A stretch of 64,000 nt of DNA from the human T2T-CHM13v2.0 reference genome, Homo sapiens (GCF_009914755.1 NC_060941.1); one strand, 5' to 3'; counted from the stretch's first letter, positions 1 to 20,118 are shown. Program-made: numbers and translations. Notes: generated from the letters alone by a model not told the origin.

Positions 1-102
1 CAAGTGACCAGCCCTCACCAGCTCACTCCAGCTCTGCAGCGTTCTCCCAGGCTCTCAACCCTCGACGCTCATCCAGGTTCATTCGCCATCCATATGCCCT
101 AG

Positions 103-529
<427 letters not shown>

Positions 530-672
530 TCTATGTGACCTTTATATGTTTCTTAACCTCTTTGTGACTCAGTTTTCTCATTTGTAAAATAAAGAGAAGA
601 GCATCTATATCACAGCTTTGTAGTGAGAGTTAGACGGGACGGCGTTCAGCCACCCTCAGAGCAGCGGCTGGC
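530..672 (+). mobile_element. MIR
   Basis: TGTGACC...CTTAACCTCTTTGTGACTCAGTTTTCTCATTTGTAAAAT core. Confidence 0.65.
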
Positions 673-1545
673 ACACAGGGGAGCCCCTTCCTCTGCTCAC
701 TCCTTCCTCTTCCTCCACCTACAGGGTCAAGTCTTTACCACTCAAAAGGTAACTGTTTATCCCCAGGCAACCTCTATGTTCCTCTGGCTCAGCCCCAAGC
801 TCCCTGACTCACCACAGCCTCCTCCTACCCCGGCTCCCTCTCCGCACTCACAAGCCGGCTCTCAGCGGGGCCACCAACAACACCCAGCGGAACCCGTCAT
901 CTTGTTCCGGTCCACGGCGCCCCCTGAAACTGCTGCTTTCCATCTTTTCCTCGAAACGCTTCCCGCACCTCTCCTGGCCCCTCTGCATCTGTGGCTTGTC
1001 CTTGGTCCCCTACGCCAGCCCCTCTGCCTGCCCCTGAATGCTGGGGGTGATGGTTTCACCCTTGGCTTTCTCCTCCTGTCCCGAAGATGAGTCCATCTGC
1101 TCCAGCACGCTAGACAACACCTGGCCGGCCCAGGCTCTCATCCTCACTGCCCCTGGACAACACCTGGCAGGCCCAGGCTCTCATCCTCACTGCCCCTGGA
1201 CAACACCTGGCCGGCCCAGGCTCTCATCCTCACTGCCCCTGGACAACACCTGGCCGGCCCAGGCTCTCATCCTCACTGCCCCTGGACAACACCTGGCCGG
1301 CCCAGGCTCTCATCCTCACTGCCCCTGGACAACACCTGGCAGGCCCAGGCTCTCTCCCTCATTGGCCACTGGCATCTCTTCTGGGCTCTACCTGCCCGCA
1401 GTCTCACCTGTATCCCAAGGGAACCTCAAACTCAACATTTCTAAAATTGAGGTTACCGCCTTCCTCCAACCTGCTTCTCCCTCTGTATTTCTTATATAGA
1501 CTGAAGACATCGCTGTCAACCCAGCTCCCCACATCAACCCTTTGG
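672..1545 (+). mobile_element. L2 fragment hosting the 43-bp minisatellite
   Basis: C/T-rich L2-like sequence, including GAACCTCAAACTCAACATTTCTAAAATTGAG at about 1421-1451. Confidence 0.5.
1113..1352. repeat. 43-bp minisatellite, about 5.6 copies
   Basis: Unit ACAACACCTGGCCGGCCCAGGCTCTCATCCTCACTGCCCCTGG starts at 1114, 1157, 1200, 1243, 1286 and 1329. Confidence 0.95.
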
Positions 1546-1667
1546 TAGTAGACTGGGCAAAGGGCCTCATTCTAAGAAACCCTTTTCAGCGGGTAACTGT
1601 GACTTTGTTGGCCAACAGAAACGGGTTAGCCCTGTATTCAGGGATATGACTTAAAGCTGTAAGAATT

Positions 1668-2455
<788 letters not shown>

Positions 2456-2864
2456 CACTCTGCATTCTTACAAGGTGCCGTGTGTGGCTCCCAGGGCCTG
2501 AGCTGGGAGCCCAGAGTCTTCATCTCCTCCCTACTTCTCACTTCAACTCGACTTACTCACCTCCCAAGTTCTCCCGGACTCTGTCTCCTGTTTTACTTTC
2601 CTTGACAGCATTATCCACGAGTTCAGGACTTCTCTTTGCCTTAGGGACCACCACCTGGACGGCGCGGTGGCTCACACCTGGAATCCCGACACTTTGGGAG
2701 GCCAAGGCAGGAGGTTTTTACTACAACATCTCCAGGCAGGGCCCTTGTCTTATTCACTCTGTTTACATCCACCTGGGTGCCACTCCAGTGTTTCGCACAG
2801 AAAAATAACCACGTTGGTGCAATTACTTGTGCACCAACTTAAAGCAAGACCCCGCTTTACACCA

Positions 2865-3035
2865 AAAAAAATTTATATTAGTCAGGTGTGTTGGCACATA
2901 CCTGTAGTCCTAGCTACCCCGGAGGCTGAGACGGGAGGATTGCTTGAGCAAGTCTAGGCTGCAGTGAGCTGTGATCACACCACTGCACTCCAGCCTGGGC
3001 AACACAGCGAGACCGTGTCTCAAAAACAAACAAAA
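2865..3035 (+). mobile_element. AluJ right arm
   Basis: Right-monomer consensus with tail. Confidence 0.8.
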
Positions 3036-3574
3036 ATTTTTAATTAATTTTAAAATAAAGGCCATCCCATCCAAGCAAAAATTGGAAAATGTAATGTTCA
3101 ACAACATATCCATATAGTCACTATTTGCAGACCTGCAACGTGCAGGACACTGCGTCCAGCATTGGGGACAGGTCCTCACAGAGTTTACGCTCTTGTAAGA
3201 AAACAGACATCAAATATCCCCAAAACTTATGTAACTAGAAACTTTGATAAGCAGCATAAAAGAAACAGATAGGACACAAGTGCGTTTGATACCAGAAGGA
3301 CAACCTCATCGGGGGTCAGGAATGATGAAACATCAAGCAAGAGTGAAGATGAAACACTTGGTAATATTTGATGAGCGAGGAGAATATTCGTGAGATAGTT
3401 AAGTGGAAACGACAAAACGACAGGTATATAGTTAAACCCCACTTTTGTATTTTTTTAAGTATATTTTACAGAAGAAAGGAAAGATATACAAATAAAGTGC
3501 AAAATGTTAGCAGTGGGGAGGTTTATGATTCCTATATTCTAGTGCTTTTCTACATTTTTCAAATTCTCAAAAAG

Positions 3575-4275
<701 letters not shown>

Positions 4276-4894
4276 GCCTCATTCAGTTTTAAAATGCAAA
4301 CATTCAAAGACCAAGCCTCATTCACACCTTCGGTGTAAGTTACTTTCATCTGCGAAACTCCCATCACTCAGAAAGGAATGCCCAGGTAAAGGCAGGAAGT
4401 ACAGGTACACAGAGCTGGAGACAGGCCTGGGTGGCAATTTGGGATGGGGGTTGGGAGAAGAGATTTTACAAGTCAGATGGGAAGGAAACGTAACTATTTG
4501 CTTTGAGGTTTGGCCCAGGGCCTTGGGAGCAGCCGGCGGATTCAGGTGTAAGAACTAGCCACCAAAAGCCTCTGCATCTCTTGTTCAAAGCTGATTGTCT
4601 CAGGTTTGACTGTCTCAGGCTTTGGTGTCTCGCAGAAGCACCAAAGGAGAGGACAGGGAGGAAGAAAGAAGGGGTGGAAAGGAGATACAGAGACTTAAGT
4701 CAAGAATGAGGCCTCCCGCCTCCCGGAAAGCAAACCTAGGAATACTCTTGACAGCTGGTCACACTGCACCTGCCTGAACAAGTCCAGTGACGGGTACAAG
4801 GAGGCCCCAACATTCCAGAGAAGCACATCCAGGCAGCTTCAGAAACCCCAAACCCAGGAACACAGAGGAGGCTGGAGAGGCTTCTGGCTTTTTC

Positions 4895-5219
<325 letters not shown>

Positions 5220-5704
5220 TAATGTCTCACCTCTCACTACAACTCCCCATTCAACTTTCTCTAAAACCACCTCACTCATACAAACGTTGCCCTGGCTCAA
5301 GCAACTGCTAAAATGCTCACGAACGTCCCTGTTCCCCAAGAAGTACATGGTGGGCTTGCTCCCAGCACAGCAAAAAGTCATCATTCCAGTCTTTAGTTTA
5401 TCCAAAACTCCCTTTCTCTGGCTAAGAGCTATCACTTCTTTAGATAATCTTTGCTTTTTCTTCCCTGATATCACCAATAGTAGCAGCTGATTCTCGTTGC
5501 AAAAGAGCCATTTTTCACAAAGAAAGTTTTAATGACTTAAGAGTTAGCAGCTGGGCTGCAATGCAAATCTATGTCTTAGCAGAATTATGACCTGTCAGGA
5601 ATCTCTGGGATGGATGAAAGCTCTCAAGATTCAAGACAATGTTAGATCCGCACATTCTCAGTATCTACCGTCTCTGTCTCTATTTTTCTCCTCCTTCCCT
5701 CTTT

Positions 5705-6341
5705 CAAGAGACGGATCTCACTCTGTCACCCAGGCCGTAGTGCAGTGGCACCGTCAATGGCTCACTGCAGCCTCAACCTCCCGGGCTCAAGCAATCCTCC
5801 CACTCCAGCCCTCCAAGTAGCTAGGACTACAGGCATGCACCACTACACCCGGCTAATTTTTTTATTTTTTATAAAGACAGGGTCTTGTCATGTTACCCAG
5901 GCAGGTCTCGAACTCCTGGGCTCAAGCGATCCTCCCGCCTCAGCCTCCCAATGCTAGGATTACAGGCGTGAGCCACTGTGCCCGGCTCTCCTCCCCTCTC
6001 TTTTCTCTTTATTAACAGGAGTATCCCACGTTTTTTGTTTTTTTTTGTTTTGTTTTTTTTTTGAGACAAGGTCTGGCTCTATCGCCCAGGCTGGAGTGCA
6101 GTGGTGCAATCTCGGCTCACCACAGCCTCTGCTTCCCGGGCTAAAACCATCCTCCCACTTCAGCGTTCCGAGTAGCTCAGACCACAGGCGTGCACCACCA
6201 CGTCGGCTCATTTTTGTATTTTTTGTAGAGATGGGGTTTCGTCATGTTGCCCAGGCTGCTCAAACTCCTGAGCTCAAGCGATCTGCCCGCCTTGGCCTCC
6301 CAAAGAGCTGGGATTCCAGGCGTGAGCCAACGTGTCTGGCC
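5705..6341 (-). mobile_element. Two AluJ elements (about 5705-5986 and 6030-6341)
   Basis: J-type diagnostics such as CTCCTGGGCTCAAGCGATCCTCC. Confidence 0.85.
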
Positions 6342-6531
6342 ATCCCACACATCCCTGGGATTTGTAGAACAAGGCTCTGGGTAATGAAAGAGTCTGGGGA
6401 TAAACACTTTTGCCCATCTCCCATCCAATGCAGCCAAGAAAACTGTTCATAACAACCCTGGGAGGTGAGTCAGTGATCCAATGGGAGGCTGGAAGGAGTA
6501 TAGAAAAGGGAGGTAAGAGAAGCAAAAGTAA

Positions 6532-7100
6532 GGCCAGGTGCGGTGGCTCACGCCTGTCATCCTAGCACTTTGGGAGGCCGAGGTGGGCGGATCACGAGGT
6601 CAGGAGATCGAGACCATCCTGGCTATCATGGTGAAACCCCGCCTCTACTAAAAACAGAAAAAATTAGCCAGGCGTGGTGGCAGGCGCCTGTAGACCCAGC
6701 TACTTGGGAAGCGGAGGTTGCAGTGAGCCGAGATTGTGCCACTACACTCCAGCCTGGGCGACAGAGACTCCATCTCAAAAAAAAAGAAAAAAGAAAAGAA
6801 AAGGGAGGTAAAAGAAGCAAAATTAGGACTGGGTGCTGTGGCTCACACCTGGAATCCCAGCACTTTGGGAGGCCAGGGCAGGCAGATCGCTTGAGCTCAC
6901 AAGTTCCGGACCAGCCTCGGCAACAAGGCGAAACCCCGTCTCCACAGAAAATAAAATAATCAGGCGTGGTGGTGCACACCTGTGGTCCCAGCTACTTAGG
7001 AGGTTGAGGCAGGAGGTTGCAGTGAGCCAAGATTACGCCATTGCACTCCAGCCTGGGTGACGGAAGTAAAACCTTGTCTCAAAAAAAAAAAAAAAAAAAA
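6532..7100 (+). mobile_element. Tandem AluY/Sc (6532-6796) and AluJ (6826-7100)
   Basis: Both have right-arm deletions and A tails. Confidence 0.85.
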
Positions 7101-7114
7101 GCAAAAGTAGCCAG

Positions 7115-7248
7115 GATGGTTTGCAGGAGGAGCAGAAGGAGGCGGGCTCAGTGGGAGATGGCCCACGTAACCAGTCAGACAGCGATGGTTTGCGGGAGGA
7201 GCAGAAGGAGGCATACTCCGTGGGAGACGGCATAACCAGCCAGACAGC
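7115..7248. repeat. About 69-bp diverged tandem duplication (2 copies)
   Basis: GATGGTTTGCRGGAGGAGCAGAAGGAGGC...CAGACAGC begins at 7115 and 7184. Confidence 0.85.
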
Positions 7249-7479
7249 ACTGGCTCTCAGAGGCAGAGAACAAAAGGGACGGGCTTAGAGGGAGAAGTGA
7301 AGCCCATTTCAAAAGAACTCCTAGAGACAGCCGTGCCCACTCGCCCCCTCACCAGCTTTTCTTTAATTACTGAGTCTGCACGTGATGTTCCTTATACCAC
7401 CTGGACTCTCACCAACCCCAGCTGCTTGTGTTAACAAAGTCAACCTCTCTGAGAATCTGGGCTGGTGGTCATTAGCAAA

Positions 7480-8045
7480 GAGAGGCGAGGATAAACATCC
7501 TAGATAAAGGGAAACCACAGATTGTAAACTTGAAGAGGACTCTGGCCAAGAATCTGGAGGAGTTACTTAATTCACAGGGTTGTGGTAAGGGACTAATGAG
7601 AATGCAGACGAAGGTGTTTTGCAAAGAAAGTGCCATAAGCATGCGTCACTAGGAAAGCTGATGTATGAGCAGTCTGCAAAGTGGGGGTCTCAAGAGCACA
7701 GAGTCCAGGCAGCGGGGGTCTCAGCCACAGCACCACCTCTTTAAAAAGCGACACCCAGCTAACTTCACATCTCATTCCAAAGAGTGGCAGTTTGGGTAAC
7801 GTGCTCTGCCAAGCACATCTGACTTCATCAGAAAAGCATTCGGTGAGATTTCCTATGGAATCCTTGTGGACAACATAGATCCACAGGCTGGATAATGTGA
7901 ACTGGTAACTGGCCAACCACCACACCCTTGAAGCTTGGATTAGTGGATGAATACCATTAACCTAGAGGGAAGTTTCTCACTGTGTTCTAAAAAGATCCAT
8001 TCTGGCTGTGCTCATCTCAACATTATCCTTAATTCCCTTGAAAAA
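7480..8045 (+). mobile_element. CR1/L3 LINE reverse-transcriptase fossil
   Basis: Degenerate RT motifs in order across frameshifts: GNYRPVSL-like (about 7505), DF-KAF-EISYGILVD (about 7820-7875), GLDN, NW, REVS, FNIFINDL-like (about 8015-8040). Confidence 0.5.
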
Positions 8046-8055
8046 GTACTGGAAG

Positions 8056-8377
<322 letters not shown>

Positions 8378-9653
8378 TCACATGTGCAGATATCAAGAAG
8401 ACTAGCAGATGAGCAAATGGCCTAAACGCGTAATCAGCTGTATAAATGCAATACACATCATAACTTTTAGGAACTGTTTGCAATTCACACTTAATTCCCA
8501 CAGAGTAAAGCCGAGGCCTTAAATTAGTGAATGGCATATGTGCTTTGTTTGGCTTTGCCCAATGTCAAGAAAAATTTTAACTGGCTAACAGCATGTAAAA
8601 CTTAACTAGCTTCACATAAAAACCCAGATTGTTAGCTTGAAAAATCAGAAGAGCTGGCAACGTCGGCCTTCATTACGGCAACAGGCAGCTGGAGGTGAGC
8701 GCCGGCTTTCCCCGAGGGCTGGCTGCGGCCCTCCACTCTGTCCCCCACCACCTGGCCCAGGCCACTCGCTTCACCTGCCTGGCCCTCTACTGGCATTTGA
8801 GTTGGTGAGTCCTGCAGGAAAACACTGGTTCACGTTATTAAATATGTCCAATTGGCTACACGTTTTGACTGTGCACGAAACTCCAGCTCGGTCTTCACTT
8901 ACAGCTTTTGCAGGTTTAGCTCCTGTAGCAAGATCCAACATCTGATCTCACAGCTTCACAATGACAACCTGTCTGTGAAGAACATCCCAGTTTTCCAGTG
9001 TGCCCCCCTACCCTCTGGTTTATTTAACCTTCCCAATATTCCAGGAAGGCTGGGCTTATTGTCCAAAATAGAAGGGCGATCAACCAGCTAACAGGAACTA
9101 AAACCGGGATTTCAACTCAGGACTTGGGTTCAACCTTAGCTTAGCATTTCCCACCATACCTACCACGCATCCCTCAATCCCTGGAGGCGGCTCTGATTCC
9201 AGACTGACCCAACCGGAGGAGGCTCAAGTCCAGGTTGCAAAGCAGCTGGGCTGCTCTGGAAAGAGCGTTTGGAATCCTTGCTTCACTTCCGTTTTTAATC
9301 TTCTTAAAAAAAACTGTGTAGTAGTGTTTAATCCAAAGACAGCTGATTCCCATTTACACGTAACCTGTTGAACTCACATACTAAATTTTAAAGCTCTGCT
9401 CTCGAAAATGCAGTTTGCGCTTTAAGATCTCCTTGGTAACACATCTAACTGGTATCTGAACTACAGAAAAAAAAAAAAAAACTTTGGAATCAATCAATGA
9501 CGGGGGTTAGAATAAAATCCAACTCAGGAAAGTACCGAAGAAAGTTCCAGAATGACAGCTGTGTAGCCGACCCAGAGAACCACCTGTGTCTGGAATGGAG
9601 GAGGACTGGTAACTCCCAGGAAAGGGGACTCTCCAAGTTAAAAAGGGGACTCA

Positions 9654-9950
9654 GGCTGGGTGCAGTGGCTCACACCTGTAATCCCAGTACTATGGGAGAC
9701 TGAGGCAGGCAGATCACCGTGAGGTCAACAGTTCAAAACCAGCCTGGCCAAGATGGTGAAACCCCATCTTTACTAAAAATACAAAAATTAGCCAGTGTGA
9801 TGGCGGATATCTGTCATCTCAGCTACTCAGCAGACTCAGGCAGAAGAATCACTTGAAGCCGGGTGGCGGAGGTTGCCAGTGAGTTGAGATCGTGCCATTG
9901 CATTCCAGCCTGGGTGACAGAGCGAGATTCCGTCTCAAAAAAAAAAAAAA
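9654..9950 (+). mobile_element. AluS
   Basis: Full dimer. Confidence 0.9.
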
Positions 9951-10268
9951 TACCACTTGAACTTGCCACAAACAATATTTACAGACACAACAATGCTCCT
10001 ATTGATTGACTGGCTGATTTTCAACTACACACAAAGCATGAATCCCGGTTACACAACACAATGTAAATACGAACAACCTTGACAAAGCTAAAGGTACAAA
10101 AAATAGGAAGGAAGTGCAGGAGACCTGATGGGCAGGATAGAAAGACACCAACGTTCCCAAAGTCCTATTGAAGGATAAGGATTAAAGGCATAAACATGTT
10201 ATTAAATGCTAAAAGTGTAACCAGGAAAACCGTAAATGGTGGTATATCAAGAGGACAAAGAAAGTTGA

Positions 10269-11655
<1,387 letters not shown>

Positions 11656-11771
11656 CAATTTTAGAAATGTTTAATTATTTGGAATCCTGGAAAAAAAAGC
11701 TAAGGCAAAGCTGATCTGAAGAGTCTGTCTACCTGCCCAGCTACCAACCCAAACTGGCCTTGTTTTGGTCC

Positions 11772-11957
11772 TAGGCGGCGGTTCTTAAACTCTGGTCCCT
11801 GGACGTACGGCTTCCGGGTTGCCTGGGAACTGTTGCTAGAATTGCAAACTACTGGGCCCCAGCCTGGACCTACCAAGTCAAGAACTCTGGGATGGGGCCC
11901 AGGAATCCGCATTTAACCAGTCCTTCTGGTTATTCATCAGTTTGGAAACCGCAGGTC
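11772..11957. mobile_element. MER5A-like hAT element
   Basis: GGTTCTTAAACT...CTGGGAAC...TAGAATTGCAAA...CAAGAACTCTGGGATGGGGCCCAGGAATCCGCATTTAAC...AGTTTGGAAACC. Confidence 0.65.
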
Positions 11958-12282
11958 TTCAGCAAAACAAAACTCTGAGGCGGCGTTGGGTCCAGTCGTC
12001 GTCTCCTCAGCGAGTAAGGCAGCTTCAGGGGAAGGCCTGAGCCCCTTCTAAGAAAACACAGGCTGGATTTTAAAGGATCTCTAGGGCTAGTTTCCCCAGG
12101 TTCTGGGCCCCTGCCCTGTGTGAGCTCTAGTGGGGTCAGCAGCAAGGACCCATCACCGGAAGAGGCTTCTGAGAGGCACCGACTTTTGCCATCAGTGGGC
12201 AGCGAGTGGGCTGTGTGGTCCCCGGACAAGCAGCTGAGTGGGTGGGGAGTGCCTTGTTGTGGCCGGCTTCGCATAAGTCATC

Positions 12283-12440
12283 TGCGCCCGCCACCACGCC
12301 AGGCTAATTTTTATATTTTTAGTAGAGATAAGGTTTCTCCATGTTGGCCAGGCTGGTCTCAAACTCCTGACCTCAGGTGATCCGCCCGCCTCGGCCTCCC
12401 TCAGTACTGGGATTCCAGGCGTGAGCCACCGCGCCCAGCC
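12283..12440 (-). mobile_element. Partial Alu (left arm)
   Basis: Alu consensus, truncated. Confidence 0.85.
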
Positions 12441-13617
12441 CAGCCCAGCCCGTCCTCTTGAACCTGCTCAGTTTCAGTCGTCATGACCACGTGTAATATC
12501 CCTTCCCACTAACATCAAAGGCTGTGGCCCGAAGCTCCCAAGTGGGCGAAAAAGTCCCGAGAGGTTCCAGAAGGCAAGATCATTCTGGGGCCACGAGGAC
12601 CGAGAAACGACACAACCAACCACAGAACAGAAAACTCTTGTGGATCTGATGTGATTCTGTACTCCAGATTTGCAGTTACCACTTACAGAAGCCAACGTCC
12701 ACCTCTGAAACACAGAACCCCCTAACTGGTGCGAGGCAGCTGAAGACAAAGTTGAGGCCTTTGGGAGAAGAGCTCGGCCAGAGGAGGAAATCTGATTAGT
12801 AAAAAGATAGGCAGCCAAGAAGTAAATTAAATGAATGCTCACAGAGAAAGCACTCGAGACAGGAGCGGGAGAGACTCCGGGCACACATCGCGACAGGGAC
12901 AGAAAAGCTTTCAGGATGGGGGTGGGGGAAGGGGAAGAACTGGTTTTCTAATATTAGACTCACGACATGCTCACTTCCCAAATCCCAGCCAAAATGAGGG
13001 CCCCTTGACTCCGACAAGCCCAGGCCACCTTCTGCTTGGATACACACTTTCTGCACCAGGACTCTGCGTGAATGCCAAGGCAAATTCCATCCCTCTCAAC
13101 TCCCCACCGCAACACCAAATGACTCACACAGCTTATCTTGAAATTCCCCCTTTCATCTTGGCCTCCCACTAACTTAAAACAATGCAATAAGAACACATTC
13201 AAGACACCTCCAGTAAATCCATATCCGTATTATTCACGAGGCACTAACTAGAAAGCTGTTTATCCTGAAGCCTACGTGGTCAACTTTAGAAATGTGCCTT
13301 CGTGTAAGCTGGTTTTTATAAAATAAATAAAAAGCCTCCACAAATACCAGAACACTTATCAATTTGGACTAAAGTCGTGGATTCCAATACAAGCAGCCAA
13401 GGTCCTCAAGCCTCAAGCATAAACATCCCTTGCCTTTTATTAATTGAAAAATAAACAGGAGGGGAAATGGGTGGCATGCCTCACTATGTGATTTAAAACA
13501 AATGACACGATGTTCTCGAACTTCAATTAATTTTTAAAAAGGCATTTTATTTTTCACTTTATGATTATAAAAGTCATACATGCAGACTATGGGGAAATTT
13601 AGAAAGTACAATAAGAA

Positions 13618-14041
<424 letters not shown>

Positions 14042-14050
14042 TTACAGTCA

Positions 14051-14390
<340 letters not shown>

Positions 14391-14401
14391 CATTCTTTTA
14401 G

Positions 14402-14792
<391 letters not shown>

Positions 14793-15203
14793 TTGCTGTG
14801 CTCTTTAAACAGCCGCAGGACTCTGCTCCAATTCCTTCGTATCTGGGAATCCTCTGGCACAAAACCCCCACCTCCTATATCATGTGGTCTGTGTGACAGC
14901 CAGAAACCCCCCAGCTGAAGAACACTGAGAAGTGGGAGGCTTCCGCTCGGTCATGGCCGGCGGGACAAGGAGATGCTTAAAGGTCTGGCAAGGTTGTAGG
15001 AAAAGACCAAGACACTTCAGGATCCAGCTTTAGGATGTGCTGGCGGCTGCAACAAACATGCACTCTGATCAATGAGCTCTGCGCTCATTCACTCCACACG
15101 TGTTTACTGAGCGTCTACTGTGTCTAAGACCCTGAGCTCTGCAGAACACGCCCAGGAATCACAGAAGGAGCTTGCTCTGAGAGCTGGGAGAGCCTGCTAT
15201 TCA

Positions 15204-15698
<495 letters not shown>

Positions 15699-16419
15699 CT
15701 ATGGACTCAAGACACGCCATCGGGCTCAATGCTGTGGGGCCTGGTGGAAGCAACCTCCTGTTGTTAGACCAGAAACGTCCCCTGCGACAAAGCCTTTGGT
15801 TTTGCTTTGTGTTCTTCTCCCGTGGGGTGGAAGAGCCGCCCTCCCTCTGAGGCACTGCAGCGACGGGTGCCCTGGTGAGTGTCCACGGTGAGGTGGTGAG
15901 TGTGCACCACACACAACCCGGCCAGCATCTGCCCAGGTCAAGCCCATCCTGTCAGTGCACACGCCGCGTGCTGCCACCACCCAGCTCGATGATTCTCTCC
16001 TTCCACACCTTCCGGTCCCCAAAAGTGACTGAAAGCAGGATTCTGCTGCGGAAAAACTGGACTTGGAGGAAGGGCAGGAGAGAAGGGCGAGGTGTGTCGG
16101 CCTGCCTCAGGTCTGGGGTGCCCAATTCTGGTTGTGCAAACAGTGAGGGAAAAAAAGGGTGCTACGATGTCTGGCTAAAACGGGGCATCAGAGCTGTCGG
16201 CGGTACCAGTTTTCAGAATCCATGGATTTATAACGGATTTCTTTTCTAACTTGCAAACGCATACGAGATACTTCACAGAGGTATTACAGTTAAGTCACAC
16301 TTCCCCACATAAGCTCACCTTTAATGAAAAAGTTAAAATGACATAAAACTGGGAGTGTTCCAGAAAAGGCAGGCCTGTGTTCACCATCACAACACCTATG
16401 GATAGAAAAGAGGCAGAAA

Positions 16420-16753
16420 GGCCGGGTACGGTGGCTCACGCCTGTAATCCCAGCACTTTGGGAGGCTGAGGTGGGAGGATCAGCTTGACCCCAGGAGGCC
16501 GAGATTGCACAACCGCATTCCAGCCTGAGTGACACAGTGAGACTCTGCAGCCTTTACTGCAGCCTTTGCCTTCCGGGCTCAAGTGATCCTCCCACCTCGG
16601 TGTCCTGAGTGGCTGGGATTACAGGCACCCAGCACCACGCCCGGCTGATTTTTTGTATTTTTTGTAGAGATGGGGTTTCATCATGTTGGCCGGGCTGGTC
16701 TCAAACTACTGAGCTCGGGTGATCCGCCCGCCTCGGCCTCCCAAGGTGCTGGG
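16420..16753. mobile_element. Tail-to-tail fused inverted Alu pair lacking poly-A tails
   Basis: Plus-strand deleted Alu 16420-16544 joined to minus-strand Alu 16557-16753. Confidence 0.8.
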
Positions 16754-17898
16754 TGCATTTTTTCTTAAGGAAGAAAAAGGAGGGCAGGGGGCAAGGTGCA
16801 GGGCAAAAAAGAAGAGCCCAGGAGTCCAAGAGGGAAGCGGCCAGAGGAAACGGAAGGAATCAGCTTCCAACAGGGACCCACAAGGCTGCTTGAGAACTCA
16901 GGACACAAGGAACACACCTGGAGAAGGGGGCTCTGCGGTGATCCGTACACAGTGAGAACCAAAGGGGCAGCTTCAGGGAAAACAGGTGGGGAGGGACAAA
17001 AGGAGGGAAAAGCCAAAACTCTCCGTCATCGAGAGGAACGCACACTTCTCCGAGGCTATTGCCGGTTCAAGCTCGTTTCCTTCAGAACACACCCCCAAAG
17101 TTCCTGGGGTCCCCCCACCGCCCTCCCCAACACACACACTCACTCCAATTTCACTCTTTTCTGCACAGATTCCAGGGAAGTATCCTGGAGACAGACATCA
17201 AAGGCATCCGAGCTGGCAGCCCACAACAGGTCACGCTGTCACGGGGACGCCGGGAACCACATGAAAAGCAGAGAATTCACGGGGCGTTCGATGATGATGA
17301 TTATTTTTTAAGGAGCTCAGAAATGTCTTTCGTTTCAGTTTTAGTTTAAGGACAGCTACCTCTGGGGGAATGGCTTTGAAGTCACATAGCCCAGAGCAGC
17401 GCTCAGCAGCCACGAGGGAAGAAAAACGCTGCGCCCAGCGGAAAGGCCACAGGAGCCACGGGGCGCAGGGGCCGTCGCTGAAGAAGAACCCAGAAGGCTT
17501 CTGCTTTTGGTACAAGGACAGGAAGGAAGAGGAATGGCTGCAGCTGGGACCACATTTGAAAACCCACCAAGGCCAACCTTGCAATGGCCTTCTGCGTAGC
17601 AGCAAATACACAGAGGTTAAGGGGCAGAGGCCCCAGGAGAACCCTGTGAATATGCCTATTCGGAGGGGTCAGGGTCAGAGGACAAAAGAGGCCGGAGAGG
17701 AACAAGCTTTCCACTTGGGCGGTTTTACTGCTCCAGAAAGCAGTTTTTGAAAAGCACGAGATGATGGGAAGGCCCAGGTCGGCGGTTAGATCTAGAGCAG
17801 GCGGCAAGAGCTTGCCCTGATATGACAGCAAGTGAGCTGGCCACAAACACAGCTCACAGCTAGTGCGAAGGCCGAGCCAAAGAAAAGGTCCCCAGCCC

Positions 17899-18575
<677 letters not shown>

Positions 18576-18599
18576 AACAAATGAAAGGAAAATGAGAGC

Positions 18600-19280
<681 letters not shown>

Positions 19281-19363
19281 TAGCTAGGGGGTCTGCAGGA
19301 GACTGATCCCCCACATGCTTTTTTTGTATTCGATGATCCATTATTACTTTTTAAAAAATATAA

Positions 19364-19891
<528 letters not shown>

Positions 19892-20118
19892 TCAATATTA
19901 CTTTTAAAAGAGGAAACTATCCCAATAGATGTTTTGGTAAAAAGAAGGAAAAAGGGCCGTGGGCAACTTCCAAACGCAATGTCTCTGTTAAAAATCAATT
20001 CCACTGAGGTCAAAAGCCCCTAACGAAGACATCACCCAGACCCTTTCACCACTCAGAACCAGGTACGGACGGCATGCCTCATCTCACAACAGCCCAGCGG
20101 GCTTTGCAGGACCCTTAA

